The notes beneath the pieces are model-generated. The model did not search any database and was not told the origin of the DNA. It saw nothing but the letters and a program-made list of their open reading frames with translations. From a virus (taxonomy: Duplodnaviria > Heunggongvirae > Uroviricota > Caudoviricetes), in the IMG/VR virus record IMGVR_UViG_3300045988_123188: a DNA stretch of 29,910 nt. One strand, given 5' to 3'. Positions 11,872 to 19,945 of this stretch are shown here, one piece after another. Position 1 is the stretch's first letter, and every line of letters starts with the position of its first letter. The position numbers were made by a program, and so were the translations under genes.

Positions 11872-12948
11872 TTACTCAAATAACTTTTTCACTTCATCAA
11901 CTGTCTGAAGATAACGTTCGCCCTCAATCTCAATACCTATTGCCTGACGTCCTAACTTCAGCGCAGCTTTAATAGTTGAGCCTGATCCCATAAAGAAATC
12001 GGCAACGATATCTCCGGGGCGTGAACTACTCTTTATAATATGTTCCATCATCGCTGCAGGTTTTTCACATGGGTGCTTGCCAGGATAATATTGCACAGGA
12101 GGAAACTCCCATACATCGGTATAAGGTACATCAGCAGTAACATGAAATGGACGGCGTAAATTTTCATACTGAGCCTTCAAATCATCATACTGCTTCTTTA
12201 CTTCCTCATAATGCAATTTCAGATCGCTATAACGCTTTTCATGTTCTGAATAATCAACATTAAAAGGATATGGACACGGGACACCGAGTGAATCTGCCTT
12301 CCTGCGAAATAATTCGCATAGTTTATTAAAATCAATTAATGATGGAAGCCGCCACTGCGAATAAGAAAACCAGTGTGAACACATCTGCTTTCCTGTCGCT
12401 GAATTAATGTCTGCGGCTGATATATCTAACTGACGGCGAGCCAGCGAAAAAGCATCAATTAGTGGAGAAAAAATATTTTTTCTTAAATCTGCACATTTTG
12501 AAGCATAACCTGACTGACCTTTAGCATAACCTGACGCGCCGTAATGCTCTGCAAATAATATTCTTTCAGTAGCAGGAAAATAAGCCCTTAAACTTTCTTT
12601 ATGACAACCGCGCCACATACCACTTGGTTTAGCCCAAATGATATGGTTCAGAACATTGAAACGGTCGCGAGTTAATAATTCAATTTTTGACGCAAGGCGA
12701 GAGCCGGTAAACATATACAGGCTGCCATTAGGGGCCAATATCCGCCAAAATTCTGCCAAAAATTCGTCAATCCACCCCAAAAAGTCAGCATCGCTATCCC
12801 ACTGGTTATCCCATGCGTTAGCCTTTACGCCGAAGTATGGTGGGTCTGTTGCAATCAAATTGACCGAGTTATCAGGGATGGTTTTGATAAATTGCAGAGA
12901 ATCTGCGCAAACGAGTTGTGCGCCATGAATATTAGTGGTTTTGAACAT
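11872..12948 (-). CDS. DNA N6-adenine/N4-cytosine methyltransferase, no partner endonuclease evident
   Basis: DPPY motif (LIATDPPYFG) near the N-terminus and FMGSGST S-adenosylmethionine-binding motif near the C-terminus; ATG at 12948 (MFKTTNIHGAQL...). Confidence 0.8.
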   Translation of the reverse strand: MFKTTNIHGAQLVCADSLQFIKTIPDNSVNLIATDPPYFGVKANAWDNQWDSDADFLGWIDEFLAEFWRILAPNGSLYMFTGSRLASKIELLTRDRFNVLNHIIWAKPSGMWRGCHKESLRAYFPATERILFAEHYGASGYAKGQSGYASKCADLRKNIFSPLIDAFSLARRQLDISAADINSATGKQMCSHWFSYSQWRLPSLIDFNKLCELFRRKADSLGVPCPYPFNVDYSEHEKRYSDLKLHYEEVKKQYDDLKAQYENLRRPFHVTADVPYTDVWEFPPVQYYPGKHPCEKPAAMMEHIIKSSSRPGDIVADFFMGSGSTIKAALKLGRQAIGIEIEGERYLQTVDEVKKLFE

Positions 12949-13083
12949 AGCTATTATTTTTTTGCCTGGGTAAGCTAACCCGGCGATGCGCATCGCGGGT
13001 GGGCTTTAGGTTCAGCCTATAGCTCTGGCATGGGTTGACCGCAGGACAAGCTGCAACTTGTCCTGCGCCCACTTTTCAGGCAC

Positions 13084-13110
13084 AAAAAAACCGCCATAAA
13101 GGCGGCTTGT
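13084..13110 (-). terminator. rho-independent terminator (minus strand) in the late-operon leader, tR'-like
   Basis: Minus strand reads CAAGCCGCCTTTATGGCGGTTTTTTTGTG: GC stem, 6-nt loop, T7 tract. Confidence 0.55.
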
Positions 13111-13144
13111 TGGCTGTTGGGTACAAAAAACCCAACTTAACAAA

Positions 13145-13173
13145 ACAATAACTAAAAACCGTCATTTTGCCAA
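13145..13173 (-). promoter_or_regulatory. candidate sigma70 late promoter (PR'-like): TTGGCA -35, 17-bp spacer, TATTGT -10
   Basis: Read on the minus strand; lies ~40-60 bp upstream of the terminator hairpin, the geometry of lambda PR'/qut/tR'. Confidence 0.35.
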
Positions 13174-13192
13174 GCTTTTTCGTTTTTGTGCT

Positions 13193-13210
13193 GTGCGACC
13201 GTGGTCGCAC
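13193..13210. promoter_or_regulatory. sopC-like palindrome GTGCGACCGTGGTCGCAC (inverted core GT)
   Basis: Third copy, between the small-gene cluster and the late promoter. Confidence 0.6.
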
Positions 13211-13215
13211 AGCTT

Positions 13216-13443
13216 TTAGAAAGTTGCCTGCTTATATTCATCGGTCAAAGAATATCGACCAGATCCGCTACGCTTTGCAACCCCAAAACAGATCATCTGT
13301 TCGATGATAAATTCAACGGCAGCTTGACTCAAAAAACAGGCTTCGCTTAACTCTTTCAGGGAAATGCGTGGGTATCCACGCATAACACATTCCACACTCA
13401 GGGCCGCTTCAGTCATATTTCCACGAATTTCATTAATATTCAT
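13216..13443 (-). CDS. hypothetical small protein (75 aa)
   Basis: Track ORF MNINEIRGNMTEAALSVECVMRGYPRISLKELSEA...; immediately upstream of the late promoter; no recognisable domain. Confidence 0.4.
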   Translation of the reverse strand: MNINEIRGNMTEAALSVECVMRGYPRISLKELSEACFLSQAAVEFIIEQMICFGVAKRSGSGRYSLTDEYKQATF

Positions 13444-13456
13444 AACGCCTCTCTAA

Positions 13457-13696
13457 TCAATCTTGAAACTGGAAATCAACATCAGCCATAAAGCGGTTCA
13501 ACTCAGCCAGTTTTGGCCCCATAGTCCCAACTAAGCGACCAGCCAGTCGGTCTGTTAGGTTGGTACTGTTGAAACCATATTCCTTTTCGAAACGTTCAAC
13601 CTTCTGCCACAACTCATACAGTTCGTTAGCTATCTCCGCAACATCGTCGCGCATTTTTTCGTTACCTTGATAATTCATAATATCCTCCAAATTCAT
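13457..13696 (-). CDS. hypothetical small protein (79 aa)
   Basis: Track ORF MNLEDIMNYQGNEKMRDDVAEIANELYELWQK... Confidence 0.4.
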   Translation of the reverse strand: MNLEDIMNYQGNEKMRDDVAEIANELYELWQKVERFEKEYGFNSTNLTDRLAGRLVGTMGPKLAELNRFMADVDFQFQD

Positions 13697-13843
13697 ATAG
13701 TTAGTGGGTTATTGCCTCTCAATGACACGAACTGTAACTCTGCCAAACGAACACATCCAGTGTTATTTTTCGCTTTTTAGTGAAATTTTTAATTTGCGTT
13801 GTTTTCTTGTTTTGGTGTATTTTATGGATATGGAGGCTATAAT

Positions 13844-14155
13844 ATGTTTAACGTGATAACCCACCCTGCAGCACTGGATGAACTGCTTGAACTACCAGAT
13901 GATTTGCGAGGTCGCATGACCAGATTAATTGAGCGACTGGAGAAAGAAGGCAACAAACTGAAGATGCCCCATAGCCGTGTAATAGGTGGAGGGCTTTTTG
14001 AACTACGAGTAGGGGATAAAAACATCGCAAGAACGCTGTACGCCTACGCGACTGGTAACGAAATTTATCTATTGCATGCATTTGTAAAAAAGACACAGAA
14101 AACACCGGTGAAGGCTATCGAAATCGCCAGAACTCGCCTGAAGGAGATGAACTGA
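13844..14155 (+). CDS. type II toxin, RelE/ParE superfamily, Gp49-like/HigB-like
   Basis: ATG at 13844 with GGAGG SD (MFNVITHPAALDELLELPDDLRGRMTRLIERLEKEG...); ~100 aa; stop overlaps the start of the downstream HTH gene (TGATG). Confidence 0.7.
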   Translation: MFNVITHPAALDELLELPDDLRGRMTRLIERLEKEGNKLKMPHSRVIGGGLFELRVGDKNIARTLYAYATGNEIYLLHAFVKKTQKTPVKAIEIARTRLKEMN

Positions 14156-14442
14156 TGAAAGCGAAAGGCATCCCGTTTAACGAAGTAAAAGAAAAACTCC
14201 TCAACACTCCAGAAGCCGTCAAAGGATATGAAGAGGCCGACAAAGAGCTGGAGATGGTCGAAATGCTATACGAAATGAGGGAAAGAGCAGGTTTAACGAA
14301 ATCAGCTCTGGCTGAACGAATGGGGTTGCGACCGTCAGCCATCAGCCGCCTGGAAAGCAATCCTTTAGGGGCAAGTATGAAAACTTTGGCTAAATATGCT
14401 CATGCCTGCGGCGCAACCATCGATATTCGCGCTGTTTATTAA
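14155..14442 (+). CDS. HTH (XRE-family) antitoxin, HigA-like
   Basis: 95 aa with HTH signature TKSALAERMGLRPSAISRLE; translationally coupled to the toxin; toxin-first order typical of HigBA. Confidence 0.7.
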   Translation: MKAKGIPFNEVKEKLLNTPEAVKGYEEADKELEMVEMLYEMRERAGLTKSALAERMGLRPSAISRLESNPLGASMKTLAKYAHACGATIDIRAVY

Positions 14443-14457
14443 TTAGACTCTTTTACT

Positions 14458-14478
14458 ACCCCGTCCAGAAGGGCGGGG
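14458..14478. terminator. GC-rich hairpin CCCCGTCC-AGAA-GGGCGGGG between converging units (weak T tract)
   Basis: Perfect stem seen in sequence immediately after the antitoxin stop. Confidence 0.35.
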
Positions 14479-14484
14479 TGTGCA

Positions 14485-14688
14485 TCAATGATGTGAACGC
14501 TCAACAGCGATAGTTTTCTGACAATGCTGGGCAATCTCTCGCGACATGTTGATGAGTCGTGAAACCTCACCAATATGTAGGCTGGCTTCTGGAGAAGCCA
14601 GGGTGACGCTAACCAGATCCAGAACGGCGTCAATATCTCTTAAATTTGAATCGAGTTGTTCAAGAGTTGATACGGCTGCTTCAGACAT
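14485..14688 (-). CDS. hypothetical small protein (67 aa)
   Basis: Track ORF with ATG confirmed; weak SD. Confidence 0.35.
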   Translation of the reverse strand: MSEAAVSTLEQLDSNLRDIDAVLDLVSVTLASPEASLHIGEVSRLINMSREIAQHCQKTIAVERSHH

Positions 14689-14770
14689 TAGATCTCATAC
14701 CATTTAACTAAAAAAGGTTATTTATACTGTATAAAATTACAGGTTAAAACTCAAACTTGACGGTCAATTT

Positions 14771-15013
14771 TCAATGAATTAACTGCGTAAACTGCTGTGT
14801 GGCCCGATACTTATGCTCTCTCCCTATGCCACGATCAACTTTCTCAAGAAGTCCAGTACGGACAGCAGAATCAAGCATCCTTTTAACAATTCTGCTATTT
14901 AACCCAACATCAAAAGCAAGCATCGAAGCGAAAACAAACCCATCACCACCATCAGAAAAGCTCTTTTCGCTCCGTTTTCGTATCATTTCAAAAAGCAATG
15001 CCTTTTTATCCAT
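14771..15013 (-). CDS. hypothetical small protein (80 aa), possible winged-helix DNA-binding fold
   Basis: ATG with GGAGGG SD. Confidence 0.45.
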   Translation of the reverse strand: MDKKALLFEMIRKRSEKSFSDGGDGFVFASMLAFDVGLNSRIVKRMLDSAVRTGLLEKVDRGIGREHKYRATQQFTQLIH

Positions 15014-15031
15014 TTATCCCTCCGTGACCAG

Positions 15032-15358
15032 TCACGCTTTGAGCGCAAGTTTCAGCCTCGTGGTTGTAAGGTGGCATGACCCTTCGCCATCAAAAATGCA
15101 TTCTGAAACAGGCATTTTTTGACCACATCGCGGGCAAGTAGTAGATAGCTGCTTCTGCAGCTCCTTATAGTTTTTCCTGATCAGCAAACCAATGACTTCG
15201 TTCTCCGAATATGGAACTCGCCCTGGTCTACGCAATACACAAATTTCCCCCAACATACGTAACTCGTCAGGTTCTAGAATCCACTCCCGTCTTGATGTGC
15301 CTTCCTTCTTCAACCGTTCCCTGCGTCTCCTTTGCCGTTCTGCCGGTGTCAGCGCCAT
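15032..15358 (-). CDS. hypothetical protein (108 aa), Arg-rich N-terminus, CPRCG motif
   Basis: ATG with AGGAGG SD. Confidence 0.5.
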   Translation of the reverse strand: MALTPAERQRRRRERLKKEGTSRREWILEPDELRMLGEICVLRRPGRVPYSENEVIGLLIRKNYKELQKQLSTTCPRCGQKMPVSECIFDGEGSCHLTTTRLKLALKA

Positions 15359-15373
15359 AAATCCTCCTGAAAA

Positions 15374-15826
15374 TTACTTAACCCAATTAACTACACCGCC
15401 AGCGACCACAACCGCCCTTTCACAGTCACGCTCATATCTCAAAGGTTGAAATACACCATCAATAAAATATTTATCTCCACCAAACGCTGCAGGAAGTGAA
15501 ACAGAAAACTGAACATGACCATCCGGAGTTACCGGAGAGTTGCCAGCCTCATACGCCACACGCATCCAGTGCAGAAGCGTTTCAGTGCTCACACAGCCGC
15601 AATCAACATCAATTTTGCCGTGCTGCCGTTCCAGCCATTGCTCAAAAGTTAACTTGTAAGTTTGGCTTACAGGTTCTGCACTATCAGCTTCGCGCCGCTT
15701 CTGTAGCTCTGCTGCCATCGCTCTCACGACTTCAACTGGTGCCCTTGCAGCAAACTCTATGTTGGTGATCAGCTCATTAAGATATTGCTCGCCTGGATAC
15801 TGTTTCTTATCGGTTATAGTGGTCAT
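15374..15826 (-). CDS. hypothetical protein (150 aa)
   Basis: Start at internal ATG (MTTITDKKQYPGEQY...) with AAGGAGAGTGAT SD. Confidence 0.5.
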   Translation of the reverse strand: MTTITDKKQYPGEQYLNELITNIEFAARAPVEVVRAMAAELQKRREADSAEPVSQTYKLTFEQWLERQHGKIDVDCGCVSTETLLHWMRVAYEAGNSPVTPDGHVQFSVSLPAAFGGDKYFIDGVFQPLRYERDCERAVVVAGGVVNWVK

Positions 15827-15827
15827 A

Positions 15828-16214
15828 TCACTCTCCTTTTCCCTGAAGCATAGCAGCGCGGCAGGCATTCCAGCCTCTCACCTCTGCAATAGCGGCAACA
15901 GCATCAACCGCGTACATGCTAAGAGGATTAGGCATTGGTTTTTCTTCCGGTACTACTGGAACGGGTGGAGCGGCGTAGACCTCAATAATTCCATTATCAA
16001 TAGGCCATTCTCCATCCTTGAGGTAGTCACTTGTGCCGTCAACTTGCTGTTCTGCAATGTGGAATGCACCTATTGGTTTTGCTTCCAGCGATGCCAGAGC
16101 AATTCGTGCCAGTTCTTCCGCTTCTTCTGCTGGCAGTACAACGTTGCTACCAGGTCCGTATGTTTCGCGCCACTGTTTGATTGTCAGTAGTCGCTCTTTG
16201 GTAATAGTGGTCAT
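15828..16214 (-). CDS. hypothetical protein (128 aa)
   Basis: MTTITKERLLTIKQW...; ATG with AGGAG SD; 1-nt spacing to the downstream gene. Confidence 0.5.
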   Translation of the reverse strand: MTTITKERLLTIKQWRETYGPGSNVVLPAEEAEELARIALASLEAKPIGAFHIAEQQVDGTSDYLKDGEWPIDNGIIEVYAAPPVPVVPEEKPMPNPLSMYAVDAVAAIAEVRGWNACRAAMLQGKGE

Positions 16215-16224
16215 GTGTTACTCC

Positions 16225-16488
16225 TTAACCCGCAGTGCTTTCAACTGATGAGGGGAACAAAATCCTTTCATCAAATCCGGCATTCATATCATGGACAGCA
16301 ACACACCAATCCATCGACGAACGATTATCAAGAGCCTCCATGATTTCATCCATGCGGCGCAGGTCATACAGGTAAATGCTTTTATCGCCAATGGTGTAAA
16401 AACCAATTTTTTTCGGTGATGGGCAGCGATCAAGAACGTCCTGTAATTCGTTCAACCATGCCCGTTCTTTTTTTGTTAAAGTTGCCAT
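16225..16488 (-). CDS. hypothetical small protein (87 aa)
   Basis: Start at internal ATG (MATLTKKERAW...) preceded by the same AAGGAGAGTGAT SD block as the gene at 15826. Confidence 0.5.
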   Translation of the reverse strand: MATLTKKERAWLNELQDVLDRCPSPKKIGFYTIGDKSIYLYDLRRMDEIMEALDNRSSMDWCVAVHDMNAGFDERILFPSSVESTAG

Positions 16489-16489
16489 A

Positions 16490-17038
16490 TCACTCTCCTT
16501 TGATGCGAATGCCTGTTGCAATGCTGTTTATGATGCTGTCAGTGCATGGGGTAGAAAGCTGGGCATCTCCAGCAATTTTCATGACCTCAACATCTGCATA
16601 TCGAATACCGAGGTGTATCAGACCGGCTATGCCTGACTTAAGCCGAGCATTTTCCATAAATAGAACTTTTGCCCGCTGTTTTTCTGCTTCAAGCTCAACG
16701 CGCAGCTTCCCTACCGTTAGCGCAATATCCTCGTTCTCCTTGTCGCGGGATTTTATGTATTGCTGGTTTCTTTCCCGTTCATCCAGTAGTGCCAGCGCAA
16801 CATTTGGATTAAAGGCAGCAATAAATTCAGCGTTTGCGTAAGCCTGAGCATCTGTTTCAACCAGGCAGTTAACATGACATTCTGCAATCACGCCACCGGG
16901 TTCTCCTTTCCATTTTTGGCAAACAAAAACTCCTGTTAAATTGCCGTGCTGGTTAACAGATGTATGCCCTACGATGTAGCTCCCTTTCGTTGCCTTTTCT
17001 GCCGCATCACGCAGTGCCTGATAATTAATTTCGCTCAC
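16490..17038 (-). CDS. Ead/Ea22-like family protein
   Basis: Contains AEFIAAFNPNVALALLDE plus a coiled-coil, the Ea22-like signature by recall; GTG start with GGAGG SD. Confidence 0.55.
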   Translation of the reverse strand: MSEINYQALRDAAEKATKGSYIVGHTSVNQHGNLTGVFVCQKWKGEPGGVIAECHVNCLVETDAQAYANAEFIAAFNPNVALALLDERERNQQYIKSRDKENEDIALTVGKLRVELEAEKQRAKVLFMENARLKSGIAGLIHLGIRYADVEVMKIAGDAQLSTPCTDSIINSIATGIRIKGE

Positions 17039-17259
17039 TCTTCATCCTCCAAGTCGGCAACGGCGTCCATCACATCAGAACCGCGAATAACCTCAAAAGC
17101 ACGGCAGGCCATTTGAAATACCAGTTGCTCTTGCGGGTGAGGAGACTCCCAATATTTGAAGCCTGGGCGATGCGTGTACCCCATCATTGAATAAAAATCA
17201 CCAGCAAGCTTAATCGCGGCATCGACAAGCTCTCTGTTAGTCATTCTTTTTCCGCTCAC
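17035..17259 (-). CDS. hypothetical small protein (74 aa)
   Basis: GTG start with AGGAGG SD; 4-nt overlap with the downstream gene. Confidence 0.45.
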   Translation of the reverse strand: MSGKRMTNRELVDAAIKLAGDFYSMMGYTHRPGFKYWESPHPQEQLVFQMACRAFEVIRGSDVMDAVADLEDEE

Positions 17260-17551
17260 TGGCTGCCTCCTTTACTGGGCTTTCGAATGTATCAAACTCA
17301 AACAACTTAACTACGTCATCAAACAGGACATAATCGCCATCAGAATCTTCAGTCATGTCAGCGCCACAATCCTGACCGAACGAGTCACAACCATCCATAT
17401 CAAGCTCGTATCGCTTGAGTTTTGCGATATTTGATAAATTCAGCGCCAGTACAGCAAGGTCATAAACCTCATCAGCGGTATACCCGGCACCATGCCCATA
17501 CATTTCAATACGGGATATGATTTCTTCTACACGTTGTTTTGTGATCGTCAT
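17237..17551 (-). CDS. hypothetical acidic protein (104 aa)
   Basis: ATG confirmed; GGAAGGTGAG SD. Confidence 0.45.
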   Translation of the reverse strand: MTITKQRVEEIISRIEMYGHGAGYTADEVYDLAVLALNLSNIAKLKRYELDMDGCDSFGQDCGADMTEDSDGDYVLFDDVVKLFEFDTFESPVKEAASERKKND

Positions 17552-18180
17552 TTTTGCTCACCTTCCTGTTCTTCCAGAAAAATACGCATAGCCTCAAGCA
17601 TCTCTTCGGTATCATACGGAGACAGCTTGTCACGCAGGATGTGTTCAATGCTGTTAATGAACTTGCGGATTGCTTTGCGTTCAATTTCAGCCAGGAAAGC
17701 GTCGGTGGCTGGGGTTTCCGTGAAGTTGTCCTCCCAACCGTAGTACTCCTGACGACAGAAGTTATTAAATTCCTTCTCCGACTGTTTAAGCCCCGCATTC
17801 TCCGCCGCCAGCGCCGTGCGATTACCCTCCAGCTCTGCAATGCGCTGTTTTGCGGCATCCAGTTCAATCGACAATTTTTCCAACTGCTCTTTATGCTTCT
17901 TATATTCCTGATATGCGTGCCAAGACTGACCTTTGCGCACACTATCAGTGATATCAGCAACCTGCTCTGGTGTTAGCGTGGTCAGTGGCTGTGATGGAAA
18001 AATCAGCACTTTCCCGGAATCCCAATCAAAACCAGCGTGAATTGACTGAACCTCAACTGAGGGTGTTGAACCAATGCTGCCAGGCGAATGAATAACGATT
18101 GTTACATCCATATCGCGACGATGGCTGTGGTTGTTGGACAAAATACGATTCACCAACTCAGAAAATTTGGAAAATTTCAT
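17548..18180 (-). CDS. hypothetical protein (210 aa) with central coiled-coil, possibly Ea22-like
   Basis: ATG confirmed; coiled-coil segment LEKLSIELDAAKQRIAELEGNRTALAAENAGLKQSEKE. Confidence 0.45.
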   Translation of the reverse strand: MKFSKFSELVNRILSNNHSHRRDMDVTIVIHSPGSIGSTPSVEVQSIHAGFDWDSGKVLIFPSQPLTTLTPEQVADITDSVRKGQSWHAYQEYKKHKEQLEKLSIELDAAKQRIAELEGNRTALAAENAGLKQSEKEFNNFCRQEYYGWEDNFTETPATDAFLAEIERKAIRKFINSIEHILRDKLSPYDTEEMLEAMRIFLEEQEGEQK

Positions 18181-18467
18181 GCTGATTCCCCTTTCTCTGC
18201 TCTCTCCTGTCGGAACATCACTATCATCAGGTCGCCTTTTGTCGCTATCTTGGCTGTTGTGCCTGGCTCAATGCGGCTAAGTTCAAATGCGTCATAGAAC
18301 GCCTCTAACACTTTCTGGCGTCTTTCCTGTTTGCGGTGCTTTCCCCACTGCTTTAGAAAAACAGAGGCCGCCCACTTCCCCGCACTGAACATGATGTAAA
18401 ACCAACCGAGAAGTGCCAGACCGATATTTAGGGCCGTATCGATCGTTATCGTGGTGTCGATATTCAC
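18177..18467 (-). CDS. small membrane protein (96 aa)
   Basis: GTG start with AGGAGG SD; hydrophobic segment ALNIGLALLGWFYIMFSAGKWAASVFL. Confidence 0.45.
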   Translation of the reverse strand: MNIDTTITIDTALNIGLALLGWFYIMFSAGKWAASVFLKQWGKHRKQERRQKVLEAFYDAFELSRIEPGTTAKIATKGDLMIVMFRQERAEKGESA

Positions 18468-18886
18468 TACGCCACCTCCTGTAAATTTCCCTGATAAAAA
18501 GCCAGCACACGCTGCATAACTTCACTTTTCCGGCAATCGTGACAAATCATGTTCAAGCGCCTGTCGTAACGACGTATTTCTCCGTCAGGTAATGACCAGA
18601 TAAGGTCTGGATCAACCACTACCGATTTCTTCGGCTTTACTCTTGATAGTTTTTTACGGGCGTTTTGCCAGTCCTTGCGTGCTTGTGCAGACAGAAATAT
18701 CCCGGAGCCAGAGATATACAAATCACCACTGGCAGCAAGCTCTCTTGATAAACGACTAACAGCACACCGGCTAATACCAGTTTCATCCGCAAGTTGCCTA
18801 ACCGTTCCTCGTCCATTCAGGCGCACGAGTTCCACAATTTGTTTATTCAGTTCTTCCCTCTGTTCTGGTGTAAAAGCCTTTGCCAT
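18467..18886 (-). CDS. HTH-containing putative DNA-binding protein (139 aa)
   Basis: HTH-like segment TVRQLADETGISRCAVSRLSREL; AGGAG SD; start overlaps the upstream gene stop. Confidence 0.5.
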   Translation of the reverse strand: MAKAFTPEQREELNKQIVELVRLNGRGTVRQLADETGISRCAVSRLSRELAASGDLYISGSGIFLSAQARKDWQNARKKLSRVKPKKSVVVDPDLIWSLPDGEIRRYDRRLNMICHDCRKSEVMQRVLAFYQGNLQEVA

Positions 18887-19485
18887 TACGATTCTCCTTG
18901 CCCTTTTACAAGACGGGAGAAAATTGCGGATACATATTTAGCCTGATGAATAGCATCAGCCAAGGCATTGTGTCGTTCGCCATCAAATGGCATATCTTTT
19001 TTAGGATTAAAACCAATAAACTGACCAAGATTAACGATTGTTCGAACATCCTGATCATTAAAATATTCCCACGGACAGGCTAAGCCAACGCGCTCATAAG
19101 CACCGCGTAAAATTACATTATCGAACGTTGCTCCATTTCCCCATACTTTCAACTTTTTTAAATTACATGCATGGCAAGTAATAAAGTGTGATAATTCAAA
19201 AAGTGCATCCTTAATATCAAGGGCATCATTAGTACAAATAGCGGCTCTGGCTTCCTTGCTCTGTTTCAACCACCATAAAATGGTATCACCATCGGCGATA
19301 CCTCCATTCAACATCGAGCTTCTGAGATTCACTGGCACATAAAAAGTAGGACCTAATTCCTCACTTTCTGGAGAAAAAAACACTGCCCCGATAGAAACAA
19401 TTGGAGCACATGTGTTAGTACCCATTGTTTCAAGATCAATCATTACATCAGACCGTTTCCTGTCGTAAATAATCTGATTAGTCAC
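18886..19485 (-). CDS. DEDDh-type 3'-5' exonuclease (DnaQ/RNase T-like)
   Basis: Exo I motif MIDLETMG, Exo II FDNVIL, Exo III ERHNALADA; GTG start with GAGGAG SD. Confidence 0.7.
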   Translation of the reverse strand: MTNQIIYDRKRSDVMIDLETMGTNTCAPIVSIGAVFFSPESEELGPTFYVPVNLRSSMLNGGIADGDTILWWLKQSKEARAAICTNDALDIKDALFELSHFITCHACNLKKLKVWGNGATFDNVILRGAYERVGLACPWEYFNDQDVRTIVNLGQFIGFNPKKDMPFDGERHNALADAIHQAKYVSAIFSRLVKGQGES

Positions 19486-19508
19486 GAATAATTCTCCTCA
19501 ACGTTTAT

Positions 19509-19712
19509 CTATACCCAAATTTTCTGTTGATATGTTCTGGATGGTTTTGGCGTTCTTTCTGATTCAGGTAAATGAACATAAACGCAATATCCATCACCTA
19601 AAAAATCAGAACGAACAACCAGAACTTTCTTACCACGCCGCCGATAAGTATCTGAAAGACGCTCTGCTTCATCATGCGTCATCGGCCCCTGCTTAAATGG
19701 CGTTATTTTCAT
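19509..19712 (-). CDS. hypothetical small protein (67 aa)
   Basis: Start at internal ATG (MKITPFKQGPMTHDEAERL...); the track ORF N-terminal extension MRPWSH is translation of the palindrome. Confidence 0.4.
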   Translation of the reverse strand: MKITPFKQGPMTHDEAERLSDTYRRRGKKVLVVRSDFLGDGYCVYVHLPESERTPKPSRTYQQKIWV

Positions 19713-19938
19713 TTTCTTGTGCGACCACGGTCGCACCCTCTCTGATTTCCAAGTAACGCTTAATCCAAAGATTTTCTATATGCTTATTACCTGGCTGATT
19801 TGATAAATACCAATCGGCAATTACAGACTGCTTATTACTATCTGGTCGTGTCCTGTAACCACAAGTTGGACACCAGATAACATATTCATTTCTTACCCCC
19901 GAATACCTTAATTCTGGCTTCGACGGTTTCCTGAACAT
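19693..19938 (-). CDS. hypothetical zinc-ribbon-like small protein (81 aa, CLCK...CPTCG)
   Basis: Start at internal ATG (MFRKPSKPELRY...). Confidence 0.4.
   Translation of the reverse strand: MFRKPSKPELRYSGVRNEYVIWCPTCGYRTRPDSNKQSVIADWYLSNQPGNKHIENLWIKRYLEIREGATVVAQENENNAI
19719..19736. promoter_or_regulatory. sopC-like palindrome GTGCGACCACGGTCGCAC overlapping the RBS region of the gene at 19712 and the 3' end of the upstream gene
   Basis: Fourth copy. Confidence 0.6.
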
Positions 19939-19945
19939 AACTTGT

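Noticed and set aside
12949-13215. Possible tRNA or integration site in the intergenic region upstream of the methyltransferase
   Set aside because: No cloverleaf-compatible arrangement or conserved tRNA motif found; hairpins are better explained as promoter-proximal terminators.
13216-13696. The two small ORFs upstream of the late promoter as a frameshifted Q gene
   Set aside because: Both have their own plausible starts and similar N-termini (MNINEI / MNLEDI), more consistent with two separate small genes; cannot be resolved without homologues.
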